Source: Nautiliaceae bacterium
Lineage (GTDB): Bacteria > Campylobacterota > Campylobacteria > Campylobacterales > Nautiliaceae
Direction: 5' to 3'
DNA: 16,595 bases
Assembly: GCA_039831155.1 (NCBI GenBank)
Contig: JBDONT010000022.1
Location: 1 to 16,595, forward strand
The notes beneath the pieces were generated by a model. It had not been told where the DNA came from, did not search any database, and worked only from the letters and a program-made list of their open reading frames with translations. The translations under genes were made by a program, and so were the position numbers. Below, in pieces: positions 1 to 6,595 of this stretch; position 1 is the stretch's first letter; the number at the start of each line of letters is the position of its first letter.

Positions 1-27
1 TCAGACACAAAATTTTGGGTATGTCTC
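1..27. mobile_element. Possible terminal inverted repeat of an IS256-family insertion sequence (element would extend left of the window)
   Basis: Minus strand reads GAGACATACCCAAAATTTTGTGTCTGA, resembling the G...TTGTGT end pattern of IS256-family IRs. Cas1-like similarity stops exactly here. No partner IR or transposase is visible. Confidence 0.35.
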
Positions 28-184
28 CCTCTATACTATTAGCTTTTTCTAATGTGTCAACGTCAAATTCAATATTTAAAAAGTTTCTTTTTATCTTCTC
101 TTTAATTATCCTTACAATTGTTTTGGTAGTTAGACTAATCTCACTTGATAAAATTAAAAAATATATCTTTCTTAAAGGTAAGTT
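28..184 (-). pseudogene. cas1: Cas1 remnant (no start codon, internal deletion, 3' interrupted)
   Basis: Frame absent from the ORF track: NLPLRKIYFLILSSEISLTTKTIV|RIIKEKIKRNFLNIEFDVDTLEKANSIE. The first part resembles the Cas1 N-terminal 'P...I..L.....LST' segment. The second resembles the 'I..KI' helix and the segment before 'LGIEG'. Lies directly downstream of cas2. Confidence 0.6.
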
Positions 185-372
185 ACGATATGAACCCTAT
201 CACTCTCTAACTTTATAACCCTTGTTAGTCTAAACGCAACCTCTTCTACCTCCTCTTTATCAAGCAACGCCTCAAATACACTTCTTTGACCACCAAAAGC
301 AAAAGAGTAAGCCACTCTTCTGGCTTTTATATTTCGTTTCGGATTTGTTATGTCACAAGCTATTATAAACAT
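172..372 (-). pseudogene. cas2: CRISPR-associated Cas2, C-terminally truncated (66 aa)
   Basis: MFIIACDIT..KR (YDI motif with Y>C), QRSVFE motif and DRVHI strand. Shorter than the usual ~85-100 aa. Adjacent to WYL and cas6. Confidence 0.8.
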
Positions 373-396
373 AACAAAAGTACAAAATAAAAAGAG

Positions 397-409
397 GTCA
401 AAATTTGAC
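397..409. promoter_or_regulatory. Palindrome GTCAAA-A-TTTGAC, candidate WYL-regulator operator upstream of cas2
   Basis: Perfect 6-bp inverted repeat with 1-nt spacer between the WYL stop and the cas2 start. The spacer is too short for a terminator loop. Confidence 0.4.
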
Positions 410-1326
410 TACTTAAAACTTTCCACCATTTTTAGGAGTTTCTCTTGAAGATAAGCAGGAGAGATGATTTTCATATAAGGCAGCCATCTTTTAGCAAGGT
501 ATAAAATCTCATTGTCGTTATTTATGTAGTATTTAAGCAAAAGCCCGTCTTCAAACTCATCTAAAACGGTTTGGGAAAAGAGGTGTTTTTTAGCTTTGAA
601 GTATCTTTTTACCTTTTTATCCACAAAAACGATAACTTCAAATTTAGGTTTGTCATAATCACTCATAAGTGTTTGAAAATTATATATAAACTCCAAAACA
701 TTCCTATCTTTTACAAAGGTTTTGGATTTTACGTTTACGCTTTTTATAAAATTAATCCTTAAAAATTTCACTCCCTTATTAAACTCCTCATCACTATGAA
801 TAACCAAATACCAGTTTCCCTCGGCAAAGACAATCTTATAAGGTCTTACGTTTTTGTACAAATAATACCTCTCACTCTCATATTCTATATCCAATACTTG
901 AGAATACTTTATAGCCTTTTTTACTTTAGAAAAAAGAGAAAAATTAAAAATCTCCTCAAAAGGAGAAGCCTTTATAAAAAACGCCTCATCATCAATCATT
1001 TTTTTTATAATCTTCTCATCTATATTAAAATATTTCAAAAATTCCGGATTTATAGCGTTTACAAGATTTGCAAACTTCTCAAACTCATCATAATCTTTCG
1101 GATTTAAAACAACGTCTTTTATCTTCTCAAAATTCAAAAACTTATAACACCCTCTCTTTACGCTTACAAGCTCGATTTGAAAAGACTCTTTTATATCCTC
1201 CAAATACCTCTGAACGCTTCTTGGACTGACATTTAGCTTTTTTGCGTACTTTTTTACACAAATAGTCTCTAAAGAAGACAAATCCCTAAGAATAGCCAAA
1301 ATATTAAAAACTTTTTTATCTTTCAT
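409..1326 (-). CDS. WYL-domain transcriptional regulator (wHTH-WYL-WCX)
   Basis: N-terminal HTH (YAKKLNVSPRSVQRYLEDI), WYL core (VRPYKIVFAEGNWYLV, FLRINFI), C-terminal WCX (WLPYMKIISPAYL). GGGA SD just after the cas6 stop. Confidence 0.92.
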   Translation of the reverse strand: MKDKKVFNILAILRDLSSLETICVKKYAKKLNVSPRSVQRYLEDIKESFQIELVSVKRGCYKFLNFEKIKDVVLNPKDYDEFEKFANLVNAINPEFLKYFNIDEKIIKKMIDDEAFFIKASPFEEIFNFSLFSKVKKAIKYSQVLDIEYESERYYLYKNVRPYKIVFAEGNWYLVIHSDEEFNKGVKFLRINFIKSVNVKSKTFVKDRNVLEFIYNFQTLMSDYDKPKFEVIVFVDKKVKRYFKAKKHLFSQTVLDEFEDGLLLKYYINNDNEILYLAKRWLPYMKIISPAYLQEKLLKMVESFK

Positions 1327-1334
1327 ACTATCCC

Positions 1335-2135
1335 TTATAAAACCTCTATTTTTCCAAAGCCGAAACTCACTTGCTTCCCAACTCCTATAAGCTCCCCTAA
1401 TTTTAGCAATTTATAACTCTCCTCATCCACCTCCTTAAGCTCCATAACACCAACTAATCCGCCAAATTTCATTTTACTCTTTTGTCTGTTGGAAAATCTA
1501 TCAAACTCCAAAAACGAAAAATTCTCAAAAGAGACTTCATATTTAGGCTCAAAAGGCAGTTTCGTAATAGGAGAATTTTTAAGCCTCTGATGTCTGTGAT
1601 GAATAGAACGCAAAACACTCTTTAAACTAACATCGTTTCTAAGAAATTTATTATTTTCTTTTATTCTAAGAGGCGTTTTAAAAACGACATAAGCTCTTTT
1701 TTTAACATCCTTTACCTCAAACTCCAACACTTCGTTTTTAAATTCAAAAAACGCTCCCTCTTTAAAAATCAATTCATCATTAAAAAACAACTCAAAATCG
1801 CTCTTTATTCTTTTTTTCGTAATACCTATCTCCTTAAATGCCTTATAAATAGCACTAATCACATAAGGAGCTTTTGAGGCATACTCCTCAAACAAAATCA
1901 AATCAAAATTCACATCTCCACCCAAATTCAAATCAAGCCTGTATTTAGGATTATCCTTTTCATAAAAATCATAAAATAAACACCCCCCACTCGCAAAACA
2001 TCCCTTACACTCTCTACTGGGATTTATACAAACGACTCTTTTTAACCCCACTCCCAAAGCACCTCTTATACTAGAACCTATAAACTTATAAGGCAGTTTT
2101 AATTCGCTTTTAAAAGATATCTTAGAATATTTCAT
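1335..2135 (-). CDS. cas6: CRISPR pre-crRNA processing endoribonuclease Cas6 (RAMP) with N-terminal Cys4 cluster
   Basis: GSSIRGALG motif, C-x6-C-x2-C-x5-C, F.TPLRIK, RFSNRQ...FGGLVG and C-terminal G-loop GELIGVGKQVSFGFG. GGAG SD. Confidence 0.9.
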   Translation of the reverse strand: MKYSKISFKSELKLPYKFIGSSIRGALGVGLKRVVCINPSRECKGCFASGGCLFYDFYEKDNPKYRLDLNLGGDVNFDLILFEEYASKAPYVISAIYKAFKEIGITKKRIKSDFELFFNDELIFKEGAFFEFKNEVLEFEVKDVKKRAYVVFKTPLRIKENNKFLRNDVSLKSVLRSIHHRHQRLKNSPITKLPFEPKYEVSFENFSFLEFDRFSNRQKSKMKFGGLVGVMELKEVDEESYKLLKLGELIGVGKQVSFGFGKIEVL

Positions 2136-2173
2136 ACCAGCTCCATTAAATAGAATTATTAACTAATTTAAAG

Positions 2174-2794
2174 TCATTTTTTGACGTTTTTTATAAATTC
2201 CACTATTTTTCCGTGAAATCTTGCATAACAAAGATTTAAATTATCCTCATACAAAGAAGACAACTTATCCCAATTCTCCTCAACTCCCCTCTCGCACCAC
2301 TCCTTCATTTCATCATAATTCTCAAACTCATACCCATACTTTTTAAGAAGCCTTTTAGTGTATGCGTCCACAACCATTACCTCTTTTTTGCACGCATAAC
2401 ACAAAATAGCATCAGCACTCTCAAACCCAACTCCCTTTTGATTTAAAAGCCACTCTCTATCAACTTCGCTTTGAAAAGTCTCAAAATCCCCAAAATCCCT
2501 TAAAATATTTTTGCTAAGCAAAATCAAACGTTTTGATTTTTGGTTATAAAACCCTACCGGCTTTATAAGCTCTGCTAAATAACCCCAATCCATACAAGCA
2601 ATATCCTCAAGCTCCATTCCTTTTAAGTTTTTTAAAGCTTTCTCTACATTTTCCCATTTGGTGTTTTGAGTTAAAATAGCCCCTATTACCACCTCAAACG
2701 TCCCAAATCCCGGCCACCAGAATTTAGGAGAATTTTTTAAAAGGTTTTTCTTTTCAAGTTCGATTAAAAGTTCATAAGAATTACTAAACTCCAT
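2174..2794 (-). CDS. HhH-GPD DNA glycosylase (MagIII-like 3-methyladenine glycosylase)
   Basis: WWP, FEVVIGAILTQNTKW, GFYNQK, HhH motif KGVGFESADAIL, VVDAYT and FHGKIVEF. Confidence 0.9.
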   Translation of the reverse strand: MEFSNSYELLIELEKKNLLKNSPKFWWPGFGTFEVVIGAILTQNTKWENVEKALKNLKGMELEDIACMDWGYLAELIKPVGFYNQKSKRLILLSKNILRDFGDFETFQSEVDREWLLNQKGVGFESADAILCYACKKEVMVVDAYTKRLLKKYGYEFENYDEMKEWCERGVEENWDKLSSLYEDNLNLCYARFHGKIVEFIKNVKK

Positions 2795-3569
2795 CTTCAG
2801 CCTCTAACGTTTTTATAATTTTATCCTTATAAATTTTTAGTTTATAAGCTTTTTTCGTTTTTGTTTTGTCCGTTTTTATTACAAGACACTGCATAATACT
2901 ATCGCACTTATCCGGCACATCGAAACTGTGCTTTAAACCGGTAAGCATATGCTTAATAGGTGCGTCCTCTTTCATACCTATTACATTATCCTTACAGCCA
3001 CTCATCCCTATATCCGTTAAATAACAAGTCCCCTCACTTATTTCCAAATCATCCGTGCCTATATGGGTATGAGTCCCTACAATCGCCCCGACTTTTCCTT
3101 TTAGCAGATGAAAAAGAGCCCTCTTTTCTGCTGTGGCTTCTGCGTGAAAATCTATAAAGATAAATTTATTTTTGTTTTTTACAAACTCCAAAAGCTCAAT
3201 AAACGGATTTTTACCATAAGGCATAGAAAAAATCCCCATAGCACTTATTACTATAATATTCTCATCCTCATAGTACCAATCTCCAGGTACGTCGAAATAG
3301 TTAAGAGGTCTTAAAATTTTTCTAGCTTCCAAAAGGGCAATTGCGTCTTTTTTTTTATCAAAGGTATGATTTCCCCCAGTAAAAATATCAATTCCTGCGT
3401 TTTTTATCTCTTTGTATGTTTTTTCCGTAACTCCAAATCCGTGAGCCAAATTTTCATAATTTGCTATTACGTAATCTATATTTTCCTCTTTTCTTATTTG
3501 AGGCAAAAATCTTTTAACAAGCTTTCTGCCCGGTTTTCCTACAATATCTCCTATAAAAAGTATGTTCAT
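2784..3569 (-). CDS. ymdB: YmdB-family (TIGR00282) metallophosphoesterase
   Basis: FIGDIVG.PGR, EN.AHGFG, GNH, DFHAEATAEK, VGTHTH and TDIGM motifs. AAAGGA SD. Confidence 0.92.
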   Translation of the reverse strand: MNILFIGDIVGKPGRKLVKRFLPQIRKEENIDYVIANYENLAHGFGVTEKTYKEIKNAGIDIFTGGNHTFDKKKDAIALLEARKILRPLNYFDVPGDWYYEDENIIVISAMGIFSMPYGKNPFIELLEFVKNKNKFIFIDFHAEATAEKRALFHLLKGKVGAIVGTHTHIGTDDLEISEGTCYLTDIGMSGCKDNVIGMKEDAPIKHMLTGLKHSFDVPDKCDSIMQCLVIKTDKTKTKKAYKLKIYKDKIIKTLEAEDGV

Positions 3570-3579
3570 AAAATTCCTT

Positions 3580-3588
3580 TGGTAAAAT
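3580..3588 (+). promoter_or_regulatory. Extended -10 box (TGgTAAAAT)
   Basis: Matches TGnTAnAAT. Separated by 7 nt from the ATG at 3596. Confidence 0.5.
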
Positions 3589-3595
3589 ATCGGTT

Positions 3596-3649
3596 ATGAA
3601 AAAGTTAATCTTAATCGTAATTATATTAATTGTTTTGGAAATATTCTAA
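3596..3649 (+). CDS. Putative leaderless 17-aa hydrophobic peptide MKKLILIVIILIVLEIF
   Basis: ATG at 3596 and TAA at 3647-3649. Basic N-terminus plus 11 consecutive aliphatic residues. Positioned at the predicted +1 of an extended -10. Confidence 0.35.
   Translation: MKKLILIVIILIVLEIF
3620..3625 (-). promoter_or_regulatory. -10 box (TATAAT) for the ymdB-glycosylase unit
   Basis: Perfect TATAAT on the minus strand about 50 nt upstream of the ymdB ATG. Confidence 0.45.
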
Positions 3650-3666
3650 ATTATTCCGGAATTTTA

Positions 3667-3674
3667 GATAAAAT
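3667..3674 (+). promoter_or_regulatory. -10 box (GaTAAAAT) for hisS
   Basis: GnTAnAAT followed by an AAGG SD and the ATG at 3694. Confidence 0.5.
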
Positions 3675-3693
3675 TCCATTAAAAAGGCTAAAA

Positions 3694-4854
3694 ATGATTA
3701 AAGCTTTAAGAGGTATGAAAGACATCGAAGACCCTCGTTTTTTAAAGATATTCGATACAGCCCGTGAAATTGCAGAAAATTACGGATACTCTTACATTGA
3801 AACCCCTATTTTGGAAGAGACTTCACTTTTTAAAAGAAGCGTTGGTGAATCAAGCGATATCGTAAACAAAGAGATGTATCAGTTTACCGACAAAGGCGGC
3901 AACGACGTATGTATGCGTCCCGAAGGCACCGCCGGAGTTGTTAGAAGTTTTATAGAGCACAAATACGACCGTCAACAAACCCCAAAAAGATTTTGGTATT
4001 TCGGTCCTATGTTTAGATACGAACGCCCTCAAAAAGGAAGATTACGCGAATTTCATCAATTCGGAATCGAGAGTTTCGGTGAAGAAAGCGTTTATGAGGA
4101 TATAAACGTAATTAATATGGCTGCTGATATTTTTGACGCCCTTGGCATTGAATATACCCTTAAAATAAACTCTTTAGGATGCAGTGAATGTATGCCTGAA
4201 TATAAAGAAAAACTGGTGGATTTTTTAAATCCCCACAAAGAAGAACTTTGTGAAGACTGCCAAAGAAGAATCACCCAAACCCCTATAAGAACGCTTGACT
4301 GTAAAAACGCAAACTGCCAAAGTATTCTAAAAGACGCACCGAAAATTACCGATAATCTTTGTGAAAGTTGTCAAAAGGATTTTGAAAAACTAAAAAACGG
4401 TCTTGATAATTTAGATATCAAATATGAAGTAGACAAAAACTTAGTAAGAGGGCTTGATTATTATACTAAAACAACGTTTGAGTTTGTATCGACTAAAATA
4501 GGAGCCCAAAGTGCAATAGCCGGAGGTGGAAGATACGACAGACTCGTAGAATTTCTAGGTGGAAAACCGACTCCCGGTGTAGGATTTGCTATAGGAGTTG
4601 AAAGAATAATGGAACTTGTAAAAACAAAAGAAGAAAGAAAAGGTATTTATATCGGTGTAATGCTAGAAGATGCACTTGAATTTGCTCAAAAAAAAGCCAA
4701 AAACTTAAGAAAAAACGAAAAAGTTTATTTCGAACCGAAAGTAAAATCACTAAAAGCCCACCTAAAAGCCGCAGATAAAGGCAATTATAAAAAAGCTTTA
4801 ATAGTAGGAGAAGAAGAACTTAAAAACAACACATTCTTTGAAAAAGAGTTATAA
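3694..4854 (+). CDS. hisS: Histidine--tRNA ligase
   Basis: RPEGTA, FRYERPQKGRLREFHQ, LVRGLDYY, GGGRYD and GFAIGVERI motifs. Confidence 0.98.
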   Translation: MIKALRGMKDIEDPRFLKIFDTAREIAENYGYSYIETPILEETSLFKRSVGESSDIVNKEMYQFTDKGGNDVCMRPEGTAGVVRSFIEHKYDRQQTPKRFWYFGPMFRYERPQKGRLREFHQFGIESFGEESVYEDINVINMAADIFDALGIEYTLKINSLGCSECMPEYKEKLVDFLNPHKEELCEDCQRRITQTPIRTLDCKNANCQSILKDAPKITDNLCESCQKDFEKLKNGLDNLDIKYEVDKNLVRGLDYYTKTTFEFVSTKIGAQSAIAGGGRYDRLVEFLGGKPTPGVGFAIGVERIMELVKTKEERKGIYIGVMLEDALEFAQKKAKNLRKNEKVYFEPKVKSLKAHLKAADKGNYKKALIVGEEELKNNTFFEKEL

Positions 4855-5376
4855 AATATTTAAAAAATACTCAAAACTTCTATTTTTTCTCTTATATTTT
4901 AAAATCTTTTCCATATCTCTTACGGCTCTTTGAGCCAGCGTGATTTTTGACTTTTGATTTATTTTATAAATTTTAAAAGCTTGAGAAATGCAGTCTTTAT
5001 AATAATTTTTTAAATCATCATTCCACACCACATACCAACACTCAATTTCCCTATCAACCACTACTATTTTAACCTTTTTAGGAATTTTCATCATTTTTTT
5101 ATATTCATCTTTAAGTTCTAAGATACAATCATAATTTACTCCACATTTTAATTGAGTCTCTTTGTCAATAACTACAATAACCTCTTCATATCCGTCATCA
5201 AAAGCGTCTTTGATTAATAATTTAATCGTTCTTTTATTCGTTATTTCACATTTATCCCTTTTGCCGGATTGCGTAACGTCATATTTCTCTTTTATATTTA
5301 AAAACTTCAAAAGAGCGTCTAAAAAAATTTTATCGCTTCTGCCCTCTACAATTATTTTCTTTTTATTCTTTTTCAT
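4849..5376 (-). CDS. TOPRIM-like putative nuclease (DUF4276/DUF4435/RloB-like), partner of the upstream ATPase
   Basis: IIVEGRSD (TOPRIM EGxxD), VVIDKE (DxD-like) and REIECW. Start moved to the ATG at 5376, which has an AGGTGA SD and overlaps the ATPase 3' end. Confidence 0.7.
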   Translation of the reverse strand: MKKNKKKIIVEGRSDKIFLDALLKFLNIKEKYDVTQSGKRDKCEITNKRTIKLLIKDAFDDGYEEVIVVIDKETQLKCGVNYDCILELKDEYKKMMKIPKKVKIVVVDREIECWYVVWNDDLKNYYKDCISQAFKIYKINQKSKITLAQRAVRDMEKILKYKRKNRSFEYFLNIL

Positions 5377-6547
5377 CGTAATCACCTAAATAACCTAAAA
5401 TATCAAATTTTATAATAGTTGAAACATCTTTGAATCTTTTAAGTTTTCTATCGAAATTAGCAATCTCATCGGCTCTGATGGACTTGGTAAACCCTTCATA
5501 ATCCCTATAAAGAAAAATAATTTCATTCTTTGACATTTCATTCATAACTTCTCCACTTTGAGTGGTAAAACAAAACTGATAATTAGCATTTTTAATAATA
5601 TCAAGGATATAATCAACGGCTTTTAAATGTAAATGCTTTTCAATTTCATCAACTGAAATCATCTCTTTCGCAAAAGGCTCATATAAAGCCGTAATCAAAG
5701 CCAAAAGATTTATAGTCCCGTCAGACGTAATATTAAAAGGTAAAAATTTACTCTTTTCTTTTAAAAGTAAAATATTCCTCTCTATTAAATCCTTACCTAT
5801 TTTTATATCTTCAAGTTCTTCTACAATTCCTACAAGACTCGATGATATAGCTTCAAAAAGCTCTTTTTTATTCTCATTTATATATGTTAAAACTTCCACC
5901 AAATTGGTTCCGTCTTTTTTTAATTTATTTCCGCCGCGATAAGTAGATTTTATCTTTTCGGGATAAAAATTATAAGTATAAAAATATTTATTATTCGCTA
6001 AATTTTCCAGATACTCAATATTCTCTTTTAAAAAACGGGCTATTTTTTTATTGGTAGAGGATACATTTATACATTTATTCTCTTTATTTGAAAAAAGAAT
6101 AACATCGGCAGAAAAAGCATACCTTTTTTTTATTTTTAAATTTTTAAGTTCATTAACCTCATACTCTTTAAAAAAGCATTTCCCTTCAAAAATATGCTCT
6201 ATTTTCCAACTGTTGTCTTTATATAAAACCAATTTATAAAAGCAGTTAAGATTGGAAAAAGAAGCCAAATGTTTTTGCATCGCATTATAAATTGAAAATT
6301 CTTTTTTATATTCAAACTCAAAAATTATACTATCTTCATTTAAAAAAATATTTCTTATATTTTCAAACCCTCCAAACTCTTCTATGGCCTTTTCCGGAGA
6401 CATCAAAGCGTAGTGTAAAAACTCAAAAGCTTTTATAAGGTTACTCTTACCGGCATTATTAGGGGCTATAATACAATTAATTTTTCCTAATTTAATCTCA
6501 AAATCTTTAAAAGACTTGAAATTACGTATTTTAACTCTTTTTAACAT
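5363..6547 (-). CDS. ABC/SMC-like AAA_21/AAA_15-family ATPase
   Basis: IRNFKSF, Walker A APNNAGKS, GGF, DGTNL, signature SDGT, Walker B ISVDEIEKHLH and H-loop position TTQS. Confidence 0.88.
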   Translation of the reverse strand: MLKRVKIRNFKSFKDFEIKLGKINCIIAPNNAGKSNLIKAFEFLHYALMSPEKAIEEFGGFENIRNIFLNEDSIIFEFEYKKEFSIYNAMQKHLASFSNLNCFYKLVLYKDNSWKIEHIFEGKCFFKEYEVNELKNLKIKKRYAFSADVILFSNKENKCINVSSTNKKIARFLKENIEYLENLANNKYFYTYNFYPEKIKSTYRGGNKLKKDGTNLVEVLTYINENKKELFEAISSSLVGIVEELEDIKIGKDLIERNILLLKEKSKFLPFNITSDGTINLLALITALYEPFAKEMISVDEIEKHLHLKAVDYILDIIKNANYQFCFTTQSGEVMNEMSKNEIIFLYRDYEGFTKSIRADEIANFDRKLKRFKDVSTIIKFDILGYLGDYDEKE

Positions 6548-6569
6548 CCTCTATCCATTTTATTTTTTA

Positions 6570-6582
6570 TATAATTGTAGCA
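6570..6582. promoter_or_regulatory. Overlapping divergent -10 boxes: TATAAT (+, 6570-6575, speA) and TGcTACAAT (-, 6574-6582, ATPase operon)
   Basis: Both motifs lie in the 48-bp intergenic gap, each upstream of an SD-like sequence and an ATG. Confidence 0.5.
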
Positions 6583-6595
6583 AAAAAGGCGTCAT

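Noticed and set aside
15-218. 67-aa plus-strand ORF
   Set aside because: Antisense shadow of the cas2/cas1 remnants, with no SD or recognisable motif.
1-2173. CRISPR array near the cas genes
   Set aside because: No regularly spaced direct repeats seen here or elsewhere in the window.
3348-3356. T9 homopolymer in ymdB as a phase-variation tract
   Set aside because: It encodes in-frame Lys codons, which is expected in AT-rich DNA. No long poly-G/C tracts were seen.
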